NCBI GenBank assembly: GCA_965116885.1
Contig: OZ220741.1
Coordinates: 3,072,001-3,136,000, forward strand
DNA length: 64,000 nucleotides
Direction of reading: 5' to 3'
Source: Candidatus Latescibacterota bacterium
Lineage (GTDB): Bacteria; Latescibacterota; UBA2968
The notes under the pieces are model-generated. The model saw only the letters and a list, made by a program, of their open reading frames with translations, was not told where the DNA came from and did no database searches. Each line of letters begins with the position of its first letter. The first letter of the stretch is position 1. Positions 50,747 through 60,274 of this stretch are shown here, in pieces. A program made the translations under genes and the position numbers.

Positions 50747-51790
50747 GTGCAAAACGATGAGTCTTTGTCTTATTCGAAGAGTGGCGTCAATATCGATGAA
50801 ACAGATGCTGTTAAAAGAGATATGGCTTCAAATATCGGGCGTGGGGATTCGAGAGTGCTCAATAAATTAGGGGCTTTTGGAAGTCTGGTCGATGGTCAGT
50901 TTGAGGGGTATGACCACCCCATTCTCGTGCTAAAAACCGAGGAGCCTGGTTCAAAGCAAAAGTTGGCGTTTGAACACGGAAGCGTAAAGTCTATTGCTTA
51001 TGATCTGGTCAATCATTTGATCAACGATATTATCGTTATGGGTGCTGATCCTTTTTATGTGCAAGATTGTATCGTTTGCGGCAAACTCGATCCCCCTGTT
51101 GTCAAAGCGCTCGTTGGGGGAATTTCCGATGCTTGTGAGGCACAGGGATGTGCATTGACGGGTGGAGAAACATCCGTTCAGCCAGGGGTTGTGGAAGATG
51201 GGGTGTATATTCTCAGTGCTTCGGCTATTGGGGTTGTCGATAAGGACAATATTATTGATGGCTCTGCGATTGAGGAGGGGGACGCGGTTCTCGCGCTTGC
51301 ATCCAATGGGCTTCATACCAATGGCTATACGCTTGTCAGGGCATTGTTGAATAATAAGCCAGAGTTGATAGATCGGGATATTCAAGGGGTGTCTTTTCTC
51401 GATATGATTTTGCGCCCACACCAGTGTTATTATCAGCCCCTGAAGGGTTTGTTTAAGGACGAGAGTTTGAAGGGTCTGGCACATATTACAGGTGGCGGTA
51501 TCCAGGATAATTTATCCCGCATTCTTCCCGAGACCTGTCAGGCTGTGATTGACCTTTCGTTACTCCAGGTCCTTCCCATCTTCAAAACGATTCGCGCAGA
51601 GGGCCTGGTTCCAGAAGACGATATGCTGCGGACTTTTAATATGGGTGTGGGGATGACGCTTGTATGCGCCCAAAATTCTGTGGCGAGGATTAACGCACAC
51701 CTGCAAAGCGTGGGATGCCAGGCGTATCCAATTGGGCGTATTATCAAAGGCGAGAAAGGCGTTGCGTTCACGGGAAAAATTAGGTGGTGA
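50747..51790 (+). CDS. purM: AIR synthetase (variant)
   Basis: Y..SGVNI, ND....GA.P, GGET, SNGLH.NGY, HITGGG and TFNMGVG. Confidence 0.9.
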   Translation: MQNDESLSYSKSGVNIDETDAVKRDMASNIGRGDSRVLNKLGAFGSLVDGQFEGYDHPILVLKTEEPGSKQKLAFEHGSVKSIAYDLVNHLINDIIVMGADPFYVQDCIVCGKLDPPVVKALVGGISDACEAQGCALTGGETSVQPGVVEDGVYILSASAIGVVDKDNIIDGSAIEEGDAVLALASNGLHTNGYTLVRALLNNKPELIDRDIQGVSFLDMILRPHQCYYQPLKGLFKDESLKGLAHITGGGIQDNLSRILPETCQAVIDLSLLQVLPIFKTIRAEGLVPEDDMLRTFNMGVGMTLVCAQNSVARINAHLQSVGCQAYPIGRIIKGEKGVAFTGKIRW

Positions 51791-51803
51791 AAGGATATAA
51801 ATC

Positions 51804-52658
51804 ATGGATACACCATATCGTACCATCAGTGTAAAACCACTATCTGGAGCACTCGGTGCTGAAATTGAAGGCGTTGACATTGCGTCGGGGCTTAATGAGG
51901 AACAATTCGTTGAAATTCATCGGGCCTTTGCGGATTATAGCGTGATTCTCTTTCGCAATCAGTCCCTCACGCAGGAGCAACACATCGCATTTGCCCGACG
52001 CTGGGGGGATATCAATGTCAACCGATTTTTTACGGGCGTAGCGGAAAATCCCATTATTGCCGAGGTGAGAAAAGAACCCGATCAGGAAACCAATATTGGT
52101 CGCAACTGGCATACCGATCATTCTTACGATACCATTCCCGCACTCGGCTCGATTCTCTACGCACATGAAGTTCCCGAGTTTGGTGGCGATACGATGTTTG
52201 CCAGTATGTACAGGGCTTACGAAACCCTCTCGCCGGGGATGCGGAAGACGCTTGAAAACTTAAATGCTCTACACTCCAGCCGACATGTTTTTGGCGCAAT
52301 GAACGGCAGAAAGCCCGATCAAAGCGGTCGCATTGGCAATCCCGAACTCGCCACGCAAGACGCTATTCATCCTATAATCATAGAGCATCCCATCTCAGGT
52401 CGCAAAGCACTTTACGTAAATTCCACATTCACCGTTCAAATTGAGGGGTGGACAAAAGAGGAATCTCAACCTCTGCTTCAGTATTTGTACCGACACGCTT
52501 CCCAACCGGATTTTACATGCCGCATTCGCTGGGAAAAAAATGCCCTCGCTATCTGGGATAACCGCGCCACCTGGCATTGTGCCCTCAATGATTATCAGGG
52601 ACAGCGACGCCTCATGCACCGCATCACGATTGAAGGCGTGCCGTTGAAGGGTGTATAA
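51804..52658 (+). CDS. TauD/TfdA Fe(II)/2-oxoglutarate dioxygenase
   Basis: LGAEI.GVD, WHTD, GGDT.F and WDNRATWH...R. Confidence 0.95.
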   Translation: MDTPYRTISVKPLSGALGAEIEGVDIASGLNEEQFVEIHRAFADYSVILFRNQSLTQEQHIAFARRWGDINVNRFFTGVAENPIIAEVRKEPDQETNIGRNWHTDHSYDTIPALGSILYAHEVPEFGGDTMFASMYRAYETLSPGMRKTLENLNALHSSRHVFGAMNGRKPDQSGRIGNPELATQDAIHPIIIEHPISGRKALYVNSTFTVQIEGWTKEESQPLLQYLYRHASQPDFTCRIRWEKNALAIWDNRATWHCALNDYQGQRRLMHRITIEGVPLKGV

Positions 52659-52686
52659 CTGCTTAGCAGTTCAATAGGAGTAGCTC

Positions 52687-54075
52687 ATGCAAACGCGCCG
52701 CGATTTTTTATGTACTACCTTCACGAGTACTGCTGTACTCGCCACAAGTGCTTTTCCCTCATCGCTTTTCGCACAACAAAAATCCAATGTGCTCTTTATC
52801 GCAGTGGATGATCTCAATGATTGGATTGGCTGTTTGGGAGGGCACCCGGATTCTGTAACGCCCAATTTAGATCGTCTGGCGAGTCGTAGTACCTTATTTA
52901 CCCGTGCGTATTGCAACGCGCCTGCGTGCAATCCCTCGCGTGGAAGCCTGGTGACGGGTAAATTGCCCACAACAACGGGGGTGTATGAAAATGCCCATTC
53001 GTTTCGGCAACAGGATCCAGATGCCGTGACTCTGATGCAGCATTTTATGGGTAATGGATATTATGTTGCGGGTAGAGGCAAAATCACGCGGCAAGGGAGA
53101 CCTGCCGATGTGGTATCTTATCACGACTATGTTCCTCAGGGGCAGGACCCAATTCCTCCCAATCCACCGCTGAATGGTTTTTCACAAAGCCGGTTCGATT
53201 GGGGACCAATAGATGTGCCGGTGGAGGAGATGGACGATTGGAAAGTGGTGCAGTGGGGCAAGGAGGTGCTGAATAAGAAGCACGACAAACCCTTCTTTTT
53301 GGCCTGTGGTCTCTATCGCCCGCACTTGCCGTGGTACGTGCCCCGAAAGTATTTTGATTTGTATCCCCCAGACGAGATCACATTGCCCAATATAGACGAA
53401 AACGATCTCGACGATGTGCCTCCTATCGGGCGATCATTTGTCGCGCGGCGGGATGATCACAAAAATGTGACTGAGACGGACAATTGGCGGAGGGCTGTCG
53501 CAGGGTATCTCGCCTGTATTCGATTCGCCGATGATATGATTGGGGAGTTATTGGATGCGCTCGACAGTAGTTCTTATGCCGACAACACGATGATTGTGCT
53601 GTGGGGAGATCACGGCTGGCATCTGGGGGAAAAACTCCATTGGCGCAAATTTGCCCTTTGGGAAGAGGCAACGCGCGTACCGCTCATGGTTTCAGCACCG
53701 GGTATGGCACCTGGACGATGTGACCGCACGGTGAGTCTGGTCGATCTGTATCCAACATTTATTGACGTCTGCGGTTTGCCCCAAAGAGATGGTCTGGATG
53801 GCGTGAGCTTAAAACCCCTGATGGCGCAGCCCGACCGCGAATGGGACCGACCCGCGCTGACCACGCATATTCGAGGCAATCACAGTGTGCGCTCTGAACG
53901 ATGGCGATATATTCGCTATTCAGATGGCACAGAAGAACTCTACGATCACGAAAATGACAGTCTCGAATGGACAAATCTCGCGGAAGATGCGCAGTACAGA
54001 GATATCATAGCTGCTCATGCCGCCTGGATACCCAAAGTGGAAGCACCCACCGCAGAACCTCTGCGCCGTCGGTAG
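52687..54075 (+). CDS. Tat-exported formylglycine sulfatase (iduronate-2-sulfatase-like)
   Basis: TRRDFL, DDL, CNPSR.SL.TG, RPHLP and DHG.HLGEK. Confidence 0.95.
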   Translation: MQTRRDFLCTTFTSTAVLATSAFPSSLFAQQKSNVLFIAVDDLNDWIGCLGGHPDSVTPNLDRLASRSTLFTRAYCNAPACNPSRGSLVTGKLPTTTGVYENAHSFRQQDPDAVTLMQHFMGNGYYVAGRGKITRQGRPADVVSYHDYVPQGQDPIPPNPPLNGFSQSRFDWGPIDVPVEEMDDWKVVQWGKEVLNKKHDKPFFLACGLYRPHLPWYVPRKYFDLYPPDEITLPNIDENDLDDVPPIGRSFVARRDDHKNVTETDNWRRAVAGYLACIRFADDMIGELLDALDSSSYADNTMIVLWGDHGWHLGEKLHWRKFALWEEATRVPLMVSAPGMAPGRCDRTVSLVDLYPTFIDVCGLPQRDGLDGVSLKPLMAQPDREWDRPALTTHIRGNHSVRSERWRYIRYSDGTEELYDHENDSLEWTNLAEDAQYRDIIAAHAAWIPKVEAPTAEPLRRR

Positions 54076-54122
54076 GGATTGAGCGATGGACAATTCATTC
54101 CAAAACCCGGAGAAAATCCGTC

Positions 54123-55373
54123 ATGAAAATCGCAAATGCAACCCGTCACAGCCTCAATATTCCCTTTTACTGCAAACGGGTCGAGCGCGCTATGCACCGC
54201 GCTCAGACTCACGACGAACGGGTCTATCTCTACCGCATTGAAACCGATGAGGGTATCGTGGGCTATGGAGATAGCCTGTCTGTTAGCGATGTACATACAC
54301 TGATCGGTCAGAACCCCTTCCAGATCATGCACAACGACGCCATTGGCTTTGGCCCACAGCTCGCTGTTTTGGACGCTGTTGGAAAAGCCGCTGATGTGCC
54401 CGTCCATGCTCTGCTCGGTACCAAATTGCGCGACCGATGCCCCATCTCCTGGTGGGACATTGACATGTCACCTGACGATTGGGTTGCAGAAGCCAGAGAA
54501 TCTCTCAAACGCGGGTACACTTCCTTCAAAATGAAAGCCCGCCCCTGGCGAGACATCCTCCAGCAGGTCGAAGCCGTTGGCAAAGTCGTACCTGCAGATT
54601 ACAAATTCGACATAGATTTCAACGGTTTTCTGCTCAATCAGGCAAAAGCGGAGATTATCCTCCAGCAGCTCGACAATCATCCCAATGTCGGCATCTACGA
54701 AAGTCCCTTCTACCTTTATGGCGATCTTACCGGCGCGCGGATTCTTCGCGAACGCGTATGCAAACCCGTCGTCGAACATTTCCGGGAAGAATATTTGCAC
54801 GCCCACGCCTGCGATGGCTTTGTCATTGGCGGCGGCGTCACAGAAGTCCGCCGGCAGGCCGCGCTCGCCGCCGCTTTCAACAAACCCTTCTGGTTGCAAC
54901 TGGTCGGCACTGGAATTACCACTGCCTTCGCCGTACATCTCGGCTCTGTTCTTTCTCACGCTCAGTTGCCCTACATTACCTGTCACGAACTCTGGAAACA
55001 CGACTTGCTCAAAAGACGCCTCGACGTGATCGACGGTCACATCCAGGTCTCCGATGCTCCTGGCCTGGGCATTGAAGTCGATGAAAAAGCCGTCGAAAAA
55101 TATACGGTTGATCCCGACACACCCACACCTAAAAGGCTCTACCGCAGCAAAAAACGCATCCTGCGCATCTCGTGGCCCGGTGCGGGCAAACAGAAACGCA
55201 TCTGGGAATTTACCGATGAAGCCATCTACCAGAAGACCTTCTACGCAGGTAGCATCCCCGGATTTGAACGTGGCGTTACCCTGGAAGTTATCGAAGACGA
55301 CGATAGCGCGACTTTTAAAAAAGCCCATGCCACGCTGGCAAAATGCGAGGCAACTATACCCGCCCTGACGTGA
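54123..55373 (+). CDS. Mandelate racemase/MLE enolase superfamily protein A
   Basis: I.TDEG.VGYG, KMK, DFN, ESP and PGLG.EVDE. Confidence 0.9.
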   Translation: MKIANATRHSLNIPFYCKRVERAMHRAQTHDERVYLYRIETDEGIVGYGDSLSVSDVHTLIGQNPFQIMHNDAIGFGPQLAVLDAVGKAADVPVHALLGTKLRDRCPISWWDIDMSPDDWVAEARESLKRGYTSFKMKARPWRDILQQVEAVGKVVPADYKFDIDFNGFLLNQAKAEIILQQLDNHPNVGIYESPFYLYGDLTGARILRERVCKPVVEHFREEYLHAHACDGFVIGGGVTEVRRQAALAAAFNKPFWLQLVGTGITTAFAVHLGSVLSHAQLPYITCHELWKHDLLKRRLDVIDGHIQVSDAPGLGIEVDEKAVEKYTVDPDTPTPKRLYRSKKRILRISWPGAGKQKRIWEFTDEAIYQKTFYAGSIPGFERGVTLEVIEDDDSATFKKAHATLAKCEATIPALT

Positions 55374-55396
55374 ATTAAAGTTAGGAGGATTCTATC

Positions 55397-56611
55397 ATGA
55401 AAATCATCGATATCGACATCATCCCCATCTACCCCAAAATCGCCGACCGGAATGCCGATCAGCAAGCCCGGTTTTTCAATATAAACCATCGTACCATTTT
55501 TAAAATTACGACTGACAATGGCATTGTGGGCTATGGTGACGCACGCTGCGAGGCCCCTCTCAAGTCCACTGTAAATCACCTGATCGACCGCGATCCGTTT
55601 GACTTTATCAACGCCGATCTCAACAGCGGTCTGATGGGCGCTCTCTACGATACCATGGGCAAATACCTTGAAATTCCCGCATACAAACTCATGGGGCAGA
55701 AAATACGCGACCGCGTACCTGTAGCTGCCTGGACCCGCCCGGCCTCCCCGGAAGACCTGGCCAAAGAGGTTCAGCGAGCCGTGGAAGAAGGGTATATGAT
55801 CTTTAAAATCCACACCTGCGCCTATTACGATGTGTACGAACAAACCAGAGCTGTTGAGGAGGTTGCTCCGCCCGGTTTCAAAATGCATTACGACTTCAAT
55901 CACAATCGGCCGCTTGCCGCTGTCCTGCGGATCTTGCAGGAACTGGAGAAGTCCCCCGTCGTAGGTATGATCGAAGATCCTCTGGTCTTATCCGATGTCG
56001 AAGGCTGGCGCATTCTGAGGGAGAAAACCAGTTTGCCGCTGCTCATGCACGTCCCTCAACTCGGCGGCGGTCAGGAGATTATTCACGGTTGCGCCGATGC
56101 CTACATGATCGGCGAAGGCGGCATTGGCTCTACCCTCGTGCGTGGATTTGCTGCTGCCCTGGCCAATATCTCCTCTGTCATCCAGCTCACAGGCGGTACC
56201 CTCACCAAAGCCCTGGCTCTTCATATGGGCGCCGTGATTCCCAATGTGGCTCATTCTACCAACCTGGACGACCAGTACGGTGAAGACGTTGTCAAACAGC
56301 GCATTGAAGTCGCAGGCGGTTCCTCTCCGGTACCCAAAGGCCCCGGCCTCGGCGCAGATGTTGACGAAGACGCGCTGGCCAGATGCGCCGCCAACAAACC
56401 CACTGTTATTCCCCCCACTATTGGCATCCTGCATTTACCCGATGGCCACAAGTTCTATACCAGAGGATTCCCAAACGTTGCTCGCCTCACTGGTTTCCCC
56501 GAAGGCAACATCCGGGGTATTCGCCTGGATGTCTGGGAAGACGACGGTTCCGACGAGTTCAGGCAAACTCTGCAACGCATCGATCAGCAGGGTCCGTTTA
56601 TGGAAAAATAG
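55397..56611 (+). CDS. Mandelate racemase/MLE enolase superfamily protein B
   Basis: ITTDNG.VGYG, KIH, DFN, EDP and GPGLG.DVDE; AGGAGG RBS. Confidence 0.9.
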   Translation: MKIIDIDIIPIYPKIADRNADQQARFFNINHRTIFKITTDNGIVGYGDARCEAPLKSTVNHLIDRDPFDFINADLNSGLMGALYDTMGKYLEIPAYKLMGQKIRDRVPVAAWTRPASPEDLAKEVQRAVEEGYMIFKIHTCAYYDVYEQTRAVEEVAPPGFKMHYDFNHNRPLAAVLRILQELEKSPVVGMIEDPLVLSDVEGWRILREKTSLPLLMHVPQLGGGQEIIHGCADAYMIGEGGIGSTLVRGFAAALANISSVIQLTGGTLTKALALHMGAVIPNVAHSTNLDDQYGEDVVKQRIEVAGGSSPVPKGPGLGADVDEDALARCAANKPTVIPPTIGILHLPDGHKFYTRGFPNVARLTGFPEGNIRGIRLDVWEDDGSDEFRQTLQRIDQQGPFMEK

Positions 56612-56651
56612 ATGTTCTGTGTGGCGTAAACTTTCTATCAGGTCTCTTATT

Positions 56652-57410
56652 ATGCACACCAGCACCCTCTTAGTGTCTCAGGATTTTGAATACTGGCAAT
56701 CTGGCGAAAACGGCCTCACTTGTGTCGATTTTGAGACCTTCTGTCCGGACTACCACGAATTGGACCGCACGGGTGTGATCTCTCCCCATCTTGAAGACGG
56801 CATACTGCACGCCGGATATGCACTTCTGGCATTGACCACCGCCTTTTACGATATCTGGCGCGCACGCACGGATGATTTTTTTATCTATCCCCAGCACTTT
56901 GCCATCCTGGACATCACCAGAGAAGGCGTCAATACGGGGTGCGGGCGCCTGCCACTTGAGAAAAATACACTGGGTGGTCCATGGGGCAACTTAGACGTCT
57001 GGCCCAACTCGAAATGGATTCCCGCCCAAGGGAGCGTTTCCGGCATGCTCAAGAAAGCGTTTGACCTTCAGATCAACCGCCTATTCTGGCCTGAGACCTT
57101 CCGCCCAAACCGCGAAGAAAAATCTCTACCTGCTTATGCGGTCAAAATGCTCCGTACCCACTTGAAAACTGTCTATTATTACAATACCTCCGAACCCAAT
57201 ATCGAAATCCATACCGCTCAAAACGTGCAGGATCTCCTTCTGACGAGCCTCGATAGACTGTCTGACATAGATGGCCTATCAATACAGCATTTTCTTCGGC
57301 GACAGATTCTCGAAAACCCTCAGACCGATTATTGTTACGTCGAACAGTATCGCAAAGTAGATCTGGATCATTTTCTCAACGACATGGCAGATTGCTTTGA
57401 AAATGCCTGA
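56652..57410 (+). CDS. Hypothetical protein
   Basis: About 252-aa ORF filling the gap in a co-directional run; no motif recognised. Confidence 0.7.
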   Translation: MHTSTLLVSQDFEYWQSGENGLTCVDFETFCPDYHELDRTGVISPHLEDGILHAGYALLALTTAFYDIWRARTDDFFIYPQHFAILDITREGVNTGCGRLPLEKNTLGGPWGNLDVWPNSKWIPAQGSVSGMLKKAFDLQINRLFWPETFRPNREEKSLPAYAVKMLRTHLKTVYYYNTSEPNIEIHTAQNVQDLLLTSLDRLSDIDGLSIQHFLRRQILENPQTDYCYVEQYRKVDLDHFLNDMADCFENA

Positions 57411-57446
57411 TTGAGACTCGCATAATTTTTTCCTGGGGGGAATTCT

Positions 57447-58808
57447 TTGGCTAAAGGTCAACTCCTACACCTGCTAACCGCCCGCGCCGAGTCTAAAAAT
57501 CCCCTTCGCGTGGGCCTCATCGGCGCTGGAAAGTTCGGCACCATGTTTCTGGCTCAGGCCCGCCGCGTTGCGGGTCTGCACGTCCTGGGTGTGGCCGATT
57601 TATCCCTGCACCGAGCGCGTGAATCCCTCACGCGTGCTGAGTGGCCGCCCGAACAATTTGACGCAACCCACTTTGATCACGCCCTAAAAACCGGCGCCAC
57701 CTATCTCACCGATGACGGCGATGCCCTCATCCGGGCGGACGGTCTGGACGTTCTGGTCGAAGCCACTGGCAATCCTCTCGCGGGTATCCACCACGCCCTT
57801 CAGGCCATCGAACACGGGCGCCACCTGGTCATGGTCAATGTCGAAGCAGATGTTCTGGTCGGCCCTATCCTGGCTCAACGTGCAGCATCCGCTGGCCTCG
57901 TGTACACCCTCGCCTATGGCGACCAACCGGCTTTGATCTGTGAATTGGTTGAATGGGCACAGACCAACGGCTTCGACATTGTCTGCGCTGGCAAGGGCAC
58001 CAAATACCGGCCCGCGTACCACACATCCACTCCTGATACTGTCTGGGATCATTATGGTTTTGATGCTGAAACCGCTGCAAAAGACGGTTTGAACCCCCGT
58101 ATGTTCAACTCCTTTTTGGACGGTACAAAATCCGCCATTGAAATGGCCGCTGTCTCAAATGCCACCGGCCTGAATCCTCAGCCCGAAGGCCTGAAGTTCC
58201 CACCCTGCGGCATTGACCAGCTATCCGATATTTGCCGGCCTCATAGCGACGGGGGGCAGCTTTCTCACAAGGGAACCGTCGAAGTCGTCTCCAGCCTGCA
58301 ACCAGACGGAACGCCTGTAGATCGGGATCTGCGCTGGGGGGTTTATGTCACCATCGAAGCCCCCGGCGACTACATCCGCCGCTGTTTCTCCGAGTACGGC
58401 CTTCCCACTGATTCCACTGGGCGTTATACGGCCATCTACCGTCCCTACCATCTGGTTGGCATGGAACTCACCACCAGCGTCTTGCGCGCTGGCTTGCGCG
58501 GCGAAGCCAGCGGCGTGCCCGTTGTTTTTAATGCAGACGTTGTCGCCACTGCAAAACGCGATCTCTCTCAGGGAGAAGTCCTGGACGGCGAAGGTGGCTA
58601 TCGGGTGTACGGCAAGCTCAAACCAGCGGATCAGGCTCTCTTTTCCAACACCCTGCCCATCGGCCTGGCTCACGATCTCAAGCTAAAACACAAAATCGCC
58701 GCGGGGCAACCCATACACCAATCCGATGTCGAATTTGACAAAGACAACGCCATTCTCCGCCTCCGCCGGGAAATGGTACAACGCTTTGTGGGAAGGAACG
58801 AATTTTGA
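57447..58808 (+). CDS. Homoserine dehydrogenase-like NAD(P) oxidoreductase with a C-terminal SAF domain
   Basis: GLIGAGKFG, GDQP, SFLDGTKSAIEM and AKRDL..GE.LDGEGG. Confidence 0.92.
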   Translation: MAKGQLLHLLTARAESKNPLRVGLIGAGKFGTMFLAQARRVAGLHVLGVADLSLHRARESLTRAEWPPEQFDATHFDHALKTGATYLTDDGDALIRADGLDVLVEATGNPLAGIHHALQAIEHGRHLVMVNVEADVLVGPILAQRAASAGLVYTLAYGDQPALICELVEWAQTNGFDIVCAGKGTKYRPAYHTSTPDTVWDHYGFDAETAAKDGLNPRMFNSFLDGTKSAIEMAAVSNATGLNPQPEGLKFPPCGIDQLSDICRPHSDGGQLSHKGTVEVVSSLQPDGTPVDRDLRWGVYVTIEAPGDYIRRCFSEYGLPTDSTGRYTAIYRPYHLVGMELTTSVLRAGLRGEASGVPVVFNADVVATAKRDLSQGEVLDGEGGYRVYGKLKPADQALFSNTLPIGLAHDLKLKHKIAAGQPIHQSDVEFDKDNAILRLRREMVQRFVGRNEF

Positions 58809-58817
58809 ACAGTGGGC

Positions 58818-58918
58818 CCGCACGGTGAATCTGGTTGATCTGTATCCTACATTTATTGATATTTGTGTTTTGCTCCAAAGGGATGATCTGGACGGCGTGA
58901 GCTTAAAACCCCTGATGG
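58818..58918 (+). pseudogene. 101-bp remnant copy of sulfatase coding sequence 53724-53824
   Basis: Ungapped alignment by eye: 89/101 identical. Confidence 0.9.
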
Positions 58919-58960
58919 GCAACTCGATTGCGGCGTGAATGATGAATAGGGAGTAAAACA

Positions 58961-59281
58961 ATGCACAATGAACAGTCGCTTTTGCCACCGAAAATTTCAT
59001 TTTTTGAAAAACGATTGACAATAATTCTCGCTCGAGATGGCGCGATGGTATGCGCTTTCTGTCCCGAATTGGATTTGGTGACTGAAATGGCAACGCCCGA
59101 TGAAGCACTGGAAGATATGCTGGAAGCCATGCAGGATTATGCTGAGGAATATTTAGAGGACTTAGAAATTTATGAAAACAGTCCCAATCGCGCCCATCAT
59201 TTGCCTTATATCCAGGCGATTGCTGCATGTAAAGATGTCTGGGATATAGGAGAACCCATCGATGGCATCCGTAACCTTTAA
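58961..59281 (+). CDS. HicB-like antitoxin-fold protein, orphan
   Basis: AFCPELDLVT...T.DEAL....EA...Y pattern; GGGAG RBS. Confidence 0.7.
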   Translation: MHNEQSLLPPKISFFEKRLTIILARDGAMVCAFCPELDLVTEMATPDEALEDMLEAMQDYAEEYLEDLEIYENSPNRAHHLPYIQAIAACKDVWDIGEPIDGIRNL

Positions 59282-60218
59282 AGGCGTCTTTCCAATCCTC
59301 GTCACTCCATTCGATGACCAGGGCAACCTCGATCTGGAATCCTTTGATCGAACGGTACGCTTTATGGCGGATATCGGTGTAAACGGCGTTACCATCATTG
59401 GTGTACTCGGTGAATCCAATCGAATGCTGGATGCCGAAAGGGAGCAGCTTATTAAAACCGCTGTGGATGCTGCAGGCGGGCGCATTCCCGTTATTGTGGG
59501 CACGAGCTACAGCGGCACACGGGCGACCCGTGAACTCAGCCGGATGGCTGAGTCTCTCGGCGCCGCCGGTGTGATGGTCACCCCTTCGCGCGAATCCGTG
59601 CCCAACGAAGACCGCATTTTCGAATTTTTCCAGCAGGTGGCCGAAGGCATTTCCATTCCCATCGTCGTACAGGACCACCCCGCTTCCACCCAAGTTCACA
59701 TGTCCGTCCCTCTTATCTTGCGTCTCATCCGCGAAATTCCGCTCGTCGCCTGTATTAAAGAAGAGGCCGTGCCCACCCCGCCCAGGATTACCGCCCTCTT
59801 GAACGGCATTGGAGACCGTGCGGTCACCATTCTCACTGGCCTCGGCGCTCTCTACGGTGCCTTTGATCTTGCCCGCGGCGCACACGGTTTTATGACCGGC
59901 TTTGCCTTCCCCGAAGTTCTGCTCGCCCTGGTCCGGAGCGCTCAAAATAAAGACTTTGACACCGTACACGACATCTATCACCGATTCCTGCCGCTCATGC
60001 ACAAAATGCTGCCCGGCATGGATATTACGAGACCTATGTACGAACAACAGCCGGGGGTGGCTATCCGCAAAGAGATCTTCCGCCTGCGTGGCCTTATCGC
60101 CAGCAGCTACGTGCGCCATCCCGGCGCACATATCGACCCAACCACTGCCGACCACTTGAAATCACTCTTGCACAAAATGCTGCCCGGCATGGATATTACG
60201 AGACCTATTGAGGTGTGA
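59262..60218 (+). CDS. DapA/NAL family class I aldolase or dehydratase
   Basis: GVFP.LVTPF, G..GE, IPVIVG and Schiff-base IKEE. Confidence 0.92.
   Translation: MASVTFKGVFPILVTPFDDQGNLDLESFDRTVRFMADIGVNGVTIIGVLGESNRMLDAEREQLIKTAVDAAGGRIPVIVGTSYSGTRATRELSRMAESLGAAGVMVTPSRESVPNEDRIFEFFQQVAEGISIPIVVQDHPASTQVHMSVPLILRLIREIPLVACIKEEAVPTPPRITALLNGIGDRAVTILTGLGALYGAFDLARGAHGFMTGFAFPEVLLALVRSAQNKDFDTVHDIYHRFLPLMHKMLPGMDITRPMYEQQPGVAIRKEIFRLRGLIASSYVRHPGAHIDPTTADHLKSLLHKMLPGMDITRPIEV
59998..60208 (+). repeat. 40-bp exact direct repeat, period 171
   Basis: TGCACAAAATGCTGCCCGGCATGGATATTACGAGACCTAT at 59998 and 60169. Confidence 0.95.
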
Positions 60219-60274
60219 TAGGTGTGCTGTTATGGAATAAGAAAAACCCCTCAAGGAAAGAGACACGTTTCTAC

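Noticed and set aside
56244..56651. N-terminal extension of the 388-aa ORF
   Set aside because: It overlaps enolase B in another frame; ATG 56652 is the more plausible start.
58818..58918. Template/variable repeat pair of a diversity-generating retroelement
   Set aside because: The mismatches are not confined to adenines of one copy on one strand, and no reverse transcriptase is present; the pattern fits neutral decay.
58683..60155. 490-aa minus-strand ORF
   Set aside because: It is antisense to three well-supported plus-strand genes and has no recognisable domain.
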